IMG/VR virus record: IMGVR_UViG_3300029156_000001
Span: 64,001 to 128,000 of that record
Strand: one strand, 5' to 3'
DNA: 64,000 bases
Source of the DNA: a virus
Lineage: Duplodnaviria > Heunggongvirae > Uroviricota > Caudoviricetes
Under the pieces are notes generated by a model. It ran no database searches and had not been told where the DNA came from. It was given only the letters and a program-made list of their open reading frames with translations. Numbering within the stretch: position 1 is the stretch's first letter; every line of letters begins with the position of its first letter. Both the position numbers and the translations under genes were made by a program. Below are positions 27,600 to 36,835 of this stretch, piece by piece.

Positions 27600-28148
27600 A
27601 TGAATAAAGTTTGTAGCAAGTGTGGTCTTGAAAAAGATCTAGCGGAGTTCTATAGGGACTGCCGCCGTCCTGACGGGCATCGCTCTGACTGTAAAGCGTG
27701 TCATACGCCAGTAGTCCGTCGCTACCAGAAAACAGAGCGTGGTCAGAAGGTAGCCAAGGCATCTGATCGTAAGCGTACAGGCACAGACGTTAGAAAAAAA
27801 TCTCATCGTCGTGCTAATCAACGCTATAAAAAGACACCACATGGACGCTTGGCCGAATGGGCGGCATACCATCGTCGTCGCGAACTTAAGCTTGCTTTAG
27901 ACGCCTCATTTTCTAAGGAAGATGTAGCCGCTGTCTATGAACGCTTTGATTATAAGTGTTTCATTTGTGATACTATCGATAAGTTGTCGATTGATCACCA
28001 CCGCCCTCTTTCTGGTGGTCATGCACTTGCACATGATAATGCCGTACTGTTGTGTGTTTCATGTAACGCATCAAAAGGTCCGAAACAACCCGACGAGTTT
28101 TACAACCAAGAACAATTGGAGGCCCTCGGTGGTTTCGGTATCTTTTGA
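27600..28148 (+). CDS. HNH endonuclease (probable free-standing homing endonuclease)
   Basis: N-terminal CSKC...CKAC Zn finger; CFIC...IDHHRPLSGG...HDNAVLLCVSCNASKG HNH core; start ATG27600 after GGAGTAAGG. Confidence 0.88.
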   Translation: MNKVCSKCGLEKDLAEFYRDCRRPDGHRSDCKACHTPVVRRYQKTERGQKVAKASDRKRTGTDVRKKSHRRANQRYKKTPHGRLAEWAAYHRRRELKLALDASFSKEDVAAVYERFDYKCFICDTIDKLSIDHHRPLSGGHALAHDNAVLLCVSCNASKGPKQPDEFYNQEQLEALGGFGIF

Positions 28149-28596
28149 ATATGAAGGCAATTTTGGCCTTCTAACGGTTACGACGCACTTCGCAAAAACC
28201 GTCAGAATCGCATGTGATAAACGGAACGATGAAGAGTTCCGCTTGGGTGGCACAGCGATCAACGAGGTGGTCGTCTATGAAGGTCTGGTATTGAAGTTAC
28301 CGGCCCTACCGCCCCGTGCCCATTTTCGAGCCTTCCGATCAGAAGAAACACACTTCGAAGATGTAGGCATCATGTCTCCCGAAGAGTGGGATGAGGCAGA
28401 CCGTCATTGTTATGTGACTGAGCATTACTGTCTTGACATGGAAGGTAAACGACCCGGGTGGTTTATCAGTAAGTCCCCCATCAAGGACGCACACTATCTA
28501 TTTGTGAATCTAGATATCGTTGATGGTGGCGGCAATGTCATCAAGCGTTATCGTGTGTCGCCGTTTACTGGAGAACATAAGGTCATTCTCTCATGA
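28129..28596 (+). CDS. Hypothetical protein
   Basis: Likely GTG28129 after SD GGAGG (track start 27937 overlaps the HNH); about 155 aa; ATGA coupling downstream. Confidence 0.6.
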   Translation: MVSVSFEYEGNFGLLTVTTHFAKTVRIACDKRNDEEFRLGGTAINEVVVYEGLVLKLPALPPRAHFRAFRSEETHFEDVGIMSPEEWDEADRHCYVTEHYCLDMEGKRPGWFISKSPIKDAHYLFVNLDIVDGGGNVIKRYRVSPFTGEHKVILS

Positions 28597-31500
28597 CTTT
28601 TATCAATAACGCTAATTTAGTGGGCTTCTGGCCCCTTAATGAGCCCAGTGGAGCAATGATGTTCCACAACTATGCTCCTGCGTTTGCCGGTAAGCCGAAT
28701 GCCGTTACATATAATCTTCACGTACACGTAACAGATGGCGGCGGTTCATCTCCAGACACGCCACACCGTTCATCTTGGCCGGGCACAGATCAGGACCAGA
28801 GTACATCTGGCGTCAGGTTTGGTTATCGTGCTCTTGGTAGTTATGATGCGGAAACTAATAACTCGCATGAGAAGTGCTTGATTTTTGGTCGTGGTGGAGA
28901 CGTTGCACGAGACGCGATCTATAACGCCAGTGTAGCCAATGAAGGCTGGACTATTGGCTTTTGGGTACACCCTGCCACAAGCGGCAGAGCTGCCGACTTT
29001 GAAGCTGGCGGCGATGGGTACAACGGCAACAATGGTCTTGTAGATCTGATTTTTCAGCACGCACTACTATCTCAGTCATCGGAGTCTACAACAAAAGAAG
29101 GATTCTGGATTGGTGTTTCTGGCGAACCGGAAGGTGGCTCTCAGAACGGACACGGCGAGTTCGGTGGCCCACACCAATTGCGTGCCTACGTACACACCAG
29201 AGATAGCTCAACGTTCACTAATAATCCCACAACAGCAACCACAGAAGCGTTTGTTAGTGCTCCTATTGAGTCTGGTAAGTTTACGCACATTACTGTCACG
29301 TACGAGTATATTGGCACACTATCTCATATTGTCTCACTCTATAAGGACGGTACGCTTGTAGGCACTGATACCACAAACGCCCGTCTAACGAACGACAGTG
29401 CGATTAGTGACTTTGAGAATAGCGTTCTTACTCTTGGTGGTTCTATTAGTGCGAACACGGCACAAGCCAACGTCATTCAAAAAGTGACTGGCTGGGGCCA
29501 AATTGTTTCAGGTGTATACGCTTTCAACAGTATTCTATCCGCTGCTAACGTAGAAGAACTACATGGTGGTGGCGGTCTACAGCCATATGAAGGCACTCCA
29601 CCGTCGGGCACCATTGTTGATATCAGTGACGATAATATTCTAGGATATTATCCATGTCACTCTGTTGGTTACCCTGATGCGAGCAGACAGCACAATCCTT
29701 TGATCGCTGATAGTGATGAAGGTGACACTAGTGCTCAGTATACGACTGTTGCCGGACCCAACAATGCTGGTGCGATCTATTCTGCTGGTCTTGGTGGCCT
29801 TGCTGCAATTGCTGGTAGTGGTCTCATGCAGGGGTTGGCCGACGCTCGTAGCTTTACGATTGCTGGTCGTTTTTGTCCACGTATGCAGGTTACAACCGAT
29901 CAAAACCTGATGTTTTCTATTGGTGGTCTTGCCGGTGACTTTAACCGTGGTTTGAAACTGAGTACCACTACTGGTCCCAGCGTACGTCTCAGTGTATATC
30001 CACTGAATGAGCCATCTACTGTTGTCACTTTTACTGAAGCTGAAGCCGACCTGTGGAATGCTGTATGGAGTCATTATGCCGTCGTTTACGACGACCAAAC
30101 AAAAGGCATTGCACTATATCTCAATGGTGCCTTGTCGAATAGTGGCACACTAGATCATTCGCTTGGTAATGCAATCACGAATCTGGCCGGTAGTGGATAC
30201 CCATTGACGTTCTTGGGTGCAACCACTAGCACGACCCCTGACACATTCTCGTCTGTGCCCCTGCGTGTTGCTGGCAACGATTTCTTTGTTGCTGGTAGGC
30301 CATTGGAGCCCTTGGAGATTTCTTATCTTGCAACCAGTGGCGTGCAGCTTGGAGCCCTAAGTGGCACAGTTCATGATCCTAGACTTTGTGGCTATTGGCC
30401 ATGTGCTCTTGTGGACGGTGATTTTGTAGCACCCGATCATGCTTCCGTTTGGAGTGATATTGCCGCACCACTAACTCGGGCAGACTCTAGCTACAAGTGG
30501 GATGCCTTCTATGCTAGTGCTCAATTCCAGGGGCCATTTACAAGCGACGGTCACGATCTCTTTGGTCGTTTGAACAAGGTTGACGCCGGCATTAGTTCGG
30601 GAGTTTGGATGGTACATGGCGGCAGCCGTGGTTCATATTCTCTAACAAATAATGATGGTCGTTTTTCAAGTACGGGTAACACCGCTTGGCGTTTCAAGCC
30701 AGTGTTTGAAGACCGTGACCAGTTCCCACAAAATGTTCTTGGTCAGTACATTATGGGATATGATCTGACACCAAGCGGGACCATTCCGTCCGTGAGACCA
30801 GATCTTACGGCCGATCAGGCACTTGAGTTCAACTCTGTAGTATCTAGCTATGGCAACGGTGGAGAAACCATTAGTACCGGCGAAGGACGACTACGTTCTT
30901 TCTTGACGACATTTGATGGTCTAGAAGAAGGTAAGACCCGCCTGGTATTCGTTGGTCAGAATTCGTCTACTACTATTAAGCCATTGGTGTCTGGTGAGGT
31001 TACCCCCGGACTATCGCATGACATCATGTTCCATTCGTGGTTCAAGAATCCATACAGTGTCGAAGCTGGTGGTGCTGGCGAAGTACAGTTTGATCTCTAT
31101 GTTGACGGAACGCTCGTTGATTCTAATACGTTAACCGCAGCGTCCGCTCTTGCGTGGTCCGATCAGACCCCTGGAGGATCAGCGACAGACGACTGGTGGC
31201 TTTCTTTCGGTGGGACATCTAAGGATCGCACATTTACTACTAGTGTCACCAACGACACTGGCCTAGGTGATATTCACTTACGCGACATCTTTGTCATGCA
31301 TGGTAGCTTTAGACCAGAAGAAATTTCGGCTCTGGCCACTAACGGCATCAATGCATCGAAGACCGTAACTGGCTTTTCGAATCAACCAGTAACAACACAA
31401 GTTACGGTCTTCGATAGTGATCTTAAGGGGTACTATAGATTCGCGGGGGGCACATCTGGCGAACTGGACCGTAGCTTTAACCTGAATAACCTTCGTGTCA

Positions 31501-33455
31501 TTGGTGATGAGCTTGTTCGTAATACTGTAGCTGGTGACGAGGTTGGTGCTACGCATCAATTGAAGTATATTCCCGGTCCTTTGGCGGGCTCTGACCTTAT
31601 GGTGCAGGCTAGTGGTATCACTTGGTTGAACCAGTCGTTGACCGGTAACGTTGCACCGTTTGCTACTTCTGGTACTGATTTTGATACTCCGAATACAGAC
31701 TTTTCGATTGGCTTTTGGTTCGCCAATAGAAACACGCCGGGTTCTCAGTATCATACTCTTGCTTGTTATGGTGTTGCACCGACCGCATCTAATGATTCTG
31801 GCACGGACGATAACCGTAGTTGGCTAGTATCATTTGACAATCAGAATAGCTTGAAGTTGATTTTGTCGCATGATGGTCATATGCGAGTTGACAATTTCTC
31901 TATTGCTGCCGCTGATAATGCTGGTCAAACCACATGTGGAGTTTATCGCGTCAATAAAGTTTCACAGCTCACAGACGGCAATGATTTTGAGACCTACAAG
32001 AGAGGCAACTTTGAATTGCCCTCAAAAGACTCTTGGGCTCATGTTGCTTGGACCTATGATGCTACCGCTGGTGTTGTACGATGCTTCCTAAATGGTGAGC
32101 TTGTCGATCAACAAAGAACCAAAGGTGCTCTGCAATTGCCGACAGACCCGGCAGCTAGAATGATCACGTTCTTGAGTCCACCGACCGCAGTTTGGCAATG
32201 GGCTAGTACAAACCCACGTAATGATGACTCTGTGATGACAGACTTCTTCTACTTCAGTGACGCACTCACTGAGGCGGAAGTACGATACATTGCTCATAAC
32301 GGCATTGATAATGCTGTTGGTACAGCAACCAGTGGTCATATTGGTGGTTTCATTCACGGTCAGGATACCGGCTCTGGTTTGACTGGTGGTTTCACTCATG
32401 GTCTGAACACTGGTTCTGGACATTTTGGTGGCTATATGCCGGGTGGTCAACTTGGTAGTGGATACCTTGGTGGCTTCATTTCTGGTGTTGTGTTTGGCGA
32501 TGGTACTATTGGTGGCTTCATTCAGGGTCTTGATACTGTATCTGGCGTGATGGCTGGTTACATTAGGGGCGTTGATGTTGGCTCTGGTATGGTGGCTGGA
32601 TATATCCACGGTCAAGAAGTTGGATCTGGTTTCTTTGGTGGTATGGTACTTGCTGCCGAGGCTGCAAGTGGCACCTTCGGCGGCTTCATGACCGGTGCCG
32701 ACGTTGGTAGTGGCTCTATTGGTGGTTTCATGCTTGGTGGCCTACAGGGCAACTTCGAGTTTGATGCCGGATTTACTGTTGAGGTTTTGGCCTCCAAAGA
32801 CTTTGATGCCCAGCTTGAAATCGCGAAGACCGTCTCTTCTGATTTCGATGCCAAGGTGATCATTTTCCAGAATGAAATTCCTCCTCTAGTAGATATCATT
32901 ATTCCAGAGGTTACTGTTAGTGGCCTGATGCCACCGTTCAATCAATACTTCATTGGTAAAGCCTCTGGTCAACAGGGCAAGACTATTGATACAACCCGCT
33001 GGACCTTTGGTGATCTTACTCCTTCGGTAGCCCCCTCTGAGAGTGGTGCTGGCTGTTATCCGGTTCAGCATATGTATGCGGCCAGTGGTTTCTATATCGC
33101 TAAGTTTGAAGCGATCGACTCTGATGGCATGCACAACTCTGCAACTCGTATTGTACATGCTGCCTCTGGCATTGATCCCGTGATCGTTAGTTTGTCTGGT
33201 GTGCCCCGTTCTGGTGACGCCGGATTGATTGTTGATTTCTCAACTGTCGTAGATATTTTGCCGCCTGGAGTTAGCCTGTCTACTCAACTACTTAGTTTTG
33301 ATGATGGTCAGTCCACCATCTCATTCAATCCGACCCACAACTATACACAACCGGGCACATATAAGCCAATCTGGTGCGTGCGTGATTCACGAGGCGTCAT
33401 TTGGTGTGATAGCTTGGAAGCCGGTAATGACCTCCTTGAACGTGGAGGAGCGTAA
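28593..33455 (+). CDS. Large tail fibre/adhesin: 4 LamG-like domains, Gly-rich repeat, 2 PKD-like domains
   Basis: Module starts LVGFWPL, ILGYYPC, LCGYWPC, LKGYYRF; LamG-like WxH(Y/V)AxxYD...(L/F)xNG strands; PKD-like WTFGD...HMYAASGFY and FDDG...HNYTQPGTY. Confidence 0.78.
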   Translation: MTFINNANLVGFWPLNEPSGAMMFHNYAPAFAGKPNAVTYNLHVHVTDGGGSSPDTPHRSSWPGTDQDQSTSGVRFGYRALGSYDAETNNSHEKCLIFGRGGDVARDAIYNASVANEGWTIGFWVHPATSGRAADFEAGGDGYNGNNGLVDLIFQHALLSQSSESTTKEGFWIGVSGEPEGGSQNGHGEFGGPHQLRAYVHTRDSSTFTNNPTTATTEAFVSAPIESGKFTHITVTYEYIGTLSHIVSLYKDGTLVGTDTTNARLTNDSAISDFENSVLTLGGSISANTAQANVIQKVTGWGQIVSGVYAFNSILSAANVEELHGGGGLQPYEGTPPSGTIVDISDDNILGYYPCHSVGYPDASRQHNPLIADSDEGDTSAQYTTVAGPNNAGAIYSAGLGGLAAIAGSGLMQGLADARSFTIAGRFCPRMQVTTDQNLMFSIGGLAGDFNRGLKLSTTTGPSVRLSVYPLNEPSTVVTFTEAEADLWNAVWSHYAVVYDDQTKGIALYLNGALSNSGTLDHSLGNAITNLAGSGYPLTFLGATTSTTPDTFSSVPLRVAGNDFFVAGRPLEPLEISYLATSGVQLGALSGTVHDPRLCGYWPCALVDGDFVAPDHASVWSDIAAPLTRADSSYKWDAFYASAQFQGPFTSDGHDLFGRLNKVDAGISSGVWMVHGGSRGSYSLTNNDGRFSSTGNTAWRFKPVFEDRDQFPQNVLGQYIMGYDLTPSGTIPSVRPDLTADQALEFNSVVSSYGNGGETISTGEGRLRSFLTTFDGLEEGKTRLVFVGQNSSTTIKPLVSGEVTPGLSHDIMFHSWFKNPYSVEAGGAGEVQFDLYVDGTLVDSNTLTAASALAWSDQTPGGSATDDWWLSFGGTSKDRTFTTSVTNDTGLGDIHLRDIFVMHGSFRPEEISALATNGINASKTVTGFSNQPVTTQVTVFDSDLKGYYRFAGGTSGELDRSFNLNNLRVIGDELVRNTVAGDEVGATHQLKYIPGPLAGSDLMVQASGITWLNQSLTGNVAPFATSGTDFDTPNTDFSIGFWFANRNTPGSQYHTLACYGVAPTASNDSGTDDNRSWLVSFDNQNSLKLILSHDGHMRVDNFSIAAADNAGQTTCGVYRVNKVSQLTDGNDFETYKRGNFELPSKDSWAHVAWTYDATAGVVRCFLNGELVDQQRTKGALQLPTDPAARMITFLSPPTAVWQWASTNPRNDDSVMTDFFYFSDALTEAEVRYIAHNGIDNAVGTATSGHIGGFIHGQDTGSGLTGGFTHGLNTGSGHFGGYMPGGQLGSGYLGGFISGVVFGDGTIGGFIQGLDTVSGVMAGYIRGVDVGSGMVAGYIHGQEVGSGFFGGMVLAAEAASGTFGGFMTGADVGSGSIGGFMLGGLQGNFEFDAGFTVEVLASKDFDAQLEIAKTVSSDFDAKVIIFQNEIPPLVDIIIPEVTVSGLMPPFNQYFIGKASGQQGKTIDTTRWTFGDLTPSVAPSESGAGCYPVQHMYAASGFYIAKFEAIDSDGMHNSATRIVHAASGIDPVIVSLSGVPRSGDAGLIVDFSTVVDILPPGVSLSTQLLSFDDGQSTISFNPTHNYTQPGTYKPIWCVRDSRGVIWCDSLEAGNDLLERGGA
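32319..32738 (+). repeat. Ten tandem 14-aa Gly-rich protein repeats
   Basis: GTATSGHIGGFIHG/QDTGSGLTGGFTHG/LNTGSGHFGGYMPG/GQLGSGYLGGFISG/VVFGDGTIGGFIQG/LDTVSGVMAGYIRG/VDVGSGMVAGYIHG/QEVGSGFFGGMVLA/AEAASGTFGGFMTG/ADVGSGSIGGFMLG. Confidence 0.9.
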
Positions 33456-36400
33456 TGAATATCATTGTTTCAGATGGCATTGTTGTTAGTGGGGTAGGCG
33501 TACCCCTTAATGGCATTGAATGGCCATCGGGTCAATTTGCAGCTAACGAACCAGGGTCTCAGCTCTGTGCATTCTTGTCATCCGTGAATGCAACATTTGG
33601 TTTCAATCTAACTCCACACTCCTTTCAAACCGAATGGATCCCATGTGGAGATCCATGTGCGTTCCATGGTGCGTCTGGTCAATTGCCCGACATTGGTCAT
33701 CGTCTTGAGCTTTTCGTGGGCGACTTTTTCTTCCGTGGTAAAGTTGTACACTCTGACTATACGACAAGTGCTGGAGGCACCGTTATAAGCGTTACCGTAG
33801 AAGACGACAAACGTCTTCTGCGAAAGGTAAAGATTCACACCGAAGACCTGGGCGAAGACGCTCCTAGTGGTGTCATTTCTGTGGCCCGTGGCTATCGTGT
33901 TACGAACGGCCTAGAAGACGTGAATGGAGATCCTAACGATCCAAACATCAAGGAGTACCGTCGCATCTTGCAGTTTGGTGGTACCTATAGCCAGATTCTT
34001 GAAGCCATTGACCTACACTTCAATGAAGGTAAGTGTGCGGTCCCCGTAACAGACTTGCCAACTGTTGAACAGCTTGAAAAGAACATTGGGGGAACCATTG
34101 AGGCCATCCGTTTCCAGTTCAATTTGACTCAGTTAGACGAGGTGCTTTCTCGGGTTCTATTGGACACAGGATACGATTGGTACTGGAGTATGGACGCCCA
34201 GCGTGTCAACTTAATCAATAAGAAGGTTGCGTTTGATCTGAATGAACAGGATATCCTCGATCTTGTGTCGCAGTTCGGTAGTGCTAGTGGTCTCAACGAA
34301 ACCACACAGATGGGCTTCGGTAAGGACGTGGTGCCCGACCCAACTCGTTTCCGTGTTTTGGGTGGCCACCAAGAGGGGTTCATCAATTCACATCTATTGA
34401 GTCCTATTGATGGTCTAGACACTCAGTCACTAGACGGTCTTGTTGACGTGAATACTGATCAAACTCAGGTCGTTTTTCAGCCAGCATGGCCGAGACTTAC
34501 TGTCGGCTTCTTTGACGCTGGAGGCTTCTATCGTACGTACATTCCACAAGAGAAAGAATTACAGTTAGCTCTTGCCGGTATCGAACAGTGGGCATACTAT
34601 AAGATCTATCAAAGTGTTGCTACCACTAATAGCCCGCCGGGATATGGCTTTACTGCGGACGAGGGTTCTATCGCGGCACAGCACCCCGCATTCCAAAGTC
34701 GTATGGATCCAGTGATGCCTCTGGCCGGTCTAGCGACAGGTGCCGCCGAATCTGGACTACGTTTTATTGACAACCGTCGTGACGCAGATCAAAACTGGGT
34801 ACTCAACTTCTATGGCCGCATTCGTGATCATGCAGCAAGACACTATGGTCGTTCTTACGTACTAGAGGGACTACTCTTTGATACGAACGAGGGCCTTTAT
34901 AGAGTTGTAGATTCAGCGTGGGCCAACGTAGAGAACCAAGTAGAAGGATTCTCGCTCTCTGCATCGGGCACAGTAACCAACGGCTCGGGCAGCGGTATCT
35001 TTGTTGAAGACTATGAGATCAATAGGGACCTTGGCCCCGTCAGTCCCTTTGTATCGGACGACTTTCGCGTTCGGGCACACTGTCGTCTACCAGCCTCTAC
35101 CATCTACGGTCCACAAGGCGACAGCAACCCGGCTAGCTTCGGCAACTGGACCGAAGACGCACCACCATTCAACCCTAATGGCGACGGCAGCCACTATATT
35201 CCTGTAGACTTGACGATTGTTGGTAACCGTGTTATCAACCCTCGGAGTGATGCATTATATTCTTTTGAAGACTATCCTGAAGGCACAATTTGGTGTCAGC
35301 TACCGATTAATGCTGGTCCGTCTGGTGGCCTTGTTACAGACACAACAATCTCGTCTCTTGCAACGTTGGTTACGACCAATACTAAACTGAATAGTTCTGG
35401 TCTACGGGATATTATCAATCCGGCCATTGTTTTGAATGTCTATGATTCGTTGTCCGGTGTAGCGATTCCTGTACAGGCCCGTAATCGTTATGGACAATCG
35501 TATCCTAGTCAGTGGTTCCTAGGTGATTTGCACTACGAGCGTGACGAAGACGTACAGCTTGACGATCAGTTTGTTCCGTGGGCCTTCTCGCCCGCTGGCA
35601 ACGAAACTTCATTAACGATTATGACCAATCGTGCCGTACGTCGTGCGGAAGGTAAGATTGTTCCTAAGAGTTCTTCGCGATACGCCGACTTGAATCAGGT
35701 TGGGTTGCCACTACTGTCCTTCGATGCTTTCGCTGAACAAGGCGTTGGATCCTCTGGTCTCTATGGCGAAATTAGTCATGGTGTGAGTGAGGTCAATATC
35801 ACTTTTGGTGTTCAGGGGTTCTTGACGAGATATAAGATTCAATCTTACTTCCCGAAGTTTGGTCGCGAAGCTCCATTGGGCGAACGTGTGCGTGCCGTAT
35901 TGAATGGCATCATCAACCCCATTGACTTTTCTGATCTAGCTCTACTGGATCCGAACCCTGGTCCCCCTAGCGATCCTATTCTTCCGGGTGACCCTTTTAT
36001 TCCTCCTGTGTTCTTTGATCGTGAGCAACGTGCCGTACGTGTTACTATCACTGAGGCCAATAACGTTTTCACTCTTTCTGATACTGCTGGTACAGAAAAA
36101 GATGAACGCTATAGGGGTATTGATCAGCATCTATATTCTAAGCCGCCTGCTGCCGGTGGATCTACTAATATTGACTTTGTTGAAGGTGCTATTTGTATTG
36201 ATGGCTTCTTGAACATTAGTGATGAAGCGATGTATCATACGGATGAATTTGAGTTGCCTACTGGCAATACGGTACTCCGTTACTTTACTCAGGGTCGTCC
36301 ATTTGGTAATGGAACGATTGTTATGGTTGAGCAAGTCAATGCTAGCGATCCTACAAAGTACGATGTGACCATTGTTGACCCTACTGCCCTTTCTACCCTC

Positions 36401-36835
36401 GGTGCAGAGCGTGCCATCTTTGGTACGGAAGTATTGAATGGCACCGTTGAGGTTGGCGAGAAGACCACACTGGCCGTACAGGGCGATGCCCCCGTGTCGC
36501 CGGGTGCTAGTAATGGTACTATTTTCCTTAATGGCACGGCACAAGAATCGGCGGGTGTAACGCCCGTGGAGATCATTGCCGTTACTGTTGATGTTGGAGA
36601 GTCTACTGCTCGTGCAACCTGTCGCACATTGGGCCTTAGTACAGACGGAAACCTTTCTGTTTCTTCTGGTACTCAATTTTTCAATTGTGTTCCTATTCCT
36701 TTCCCTGAGTTGGCCGCTTCTGGTGACCGTGGTTTCTTAACTACACCTATGACAACTCCAAGTGGCGGCTTTGGACGAACTGGCCCCGTCAACTTTGTTG
36801 AAATCGTAAGACCGGCTAAGAGGAGATTCGGATAA
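33455..36835 (+). CDS. Tail tip/baseplate hub-like protein
   Basis: 1126 aa in the tail module, TAATG-coupled on both sides. Confidence 0.55.
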   Translation: MNIIVSDGIVVSGVGVPLNGIEWPSGQFAANEPGSQLCAFLSSVNATFGFNLTPHSFQTEWIPCGDPCAFHGASGQLPDIGHRLELFVGDFFFRGKVVHSDYTTSAGGTVISVTVEDDKRLLRKVKIHTEDLGEDAPSGVISVARGYRVTNGLEDVNGDPNDPNIKEYRRILQFGGTYSQILEAIDLHFNEGKCAVPVTDLPTVEQLEKNIGGTIEAIRFQFNLTQLDEVLSRVLLDTGYDWYWSMDAQRVNLINKKVAFDLNEQDILDLVSQFGSASGLNETTQMGFGKDVVPDPTRFRVLGGHQEGFINSHLLSPIDGLDTQSLDGLVDVNTDQTQVVFQPAWPRLTVGFFDAGGFYRTYIPQEKELQLALAGIEQWAYYKIYQSVATTNSPPGYGFTADEGSIAAQHPAFQSRMDPVMPLAGLATGAAESGLRFIDNRRDADQNWVLNFYGRIRDHAARHYGRSYVLEGLLFDTNEGLYRVVDSAWANVENQVEGFSLSASGTVTNGSGSGIFVEDYEINRDLGPVSPFVSDDFRVRAHCRLPASTIYGPQGDSNPASFGNWTEDAPPFNPNGDGSHYIPVDLTIVGNRVINPRSDALYSFEDYPEGTIWCQLPINAGPSGGLVTDTTISSLATLVTTNTKLNSSGLRDIINPAIVLNVYDSLSGVAIPVQARNRYGQSYPSQWFLGDLHYERDEDVQLDDQFVPWAFSPAGNETSLTIMTNRAVRRAEGKIVPKSSSRYADLNQVGLPLLSFDAFAEQGVGSSGLYGEISHGVSEVNITFGVQGFLTRYKIQSYFPKFGREAPLGERVRAVLNGIINPIDFSDLALLDPNPGPPSDPILPGDPFIPPVFFDREQRAVRVTITEANNVFTLSDTAGTEKDERYRGIDQHLYSKPPAAGGSTNIDFVEGAICIDGFLNISDEAMYHTDEFELPTGNTVLRYFTQGRPFGNGTIVMVEQVNASDPTKYDVTIVDPTALSTLGAERAIFGTEVLNGTVEVGEKTTLAVQGDAPVSPGASNGTIFLNGTAQESAGVTPVEIIAVTVDVGESTARATCRTLGLSTDGNLSVSSGTQFFNCVPIPFPELAASGDRGFLTTPMTTPSGGFGRTGPVNFVEIVRPAKRRFG

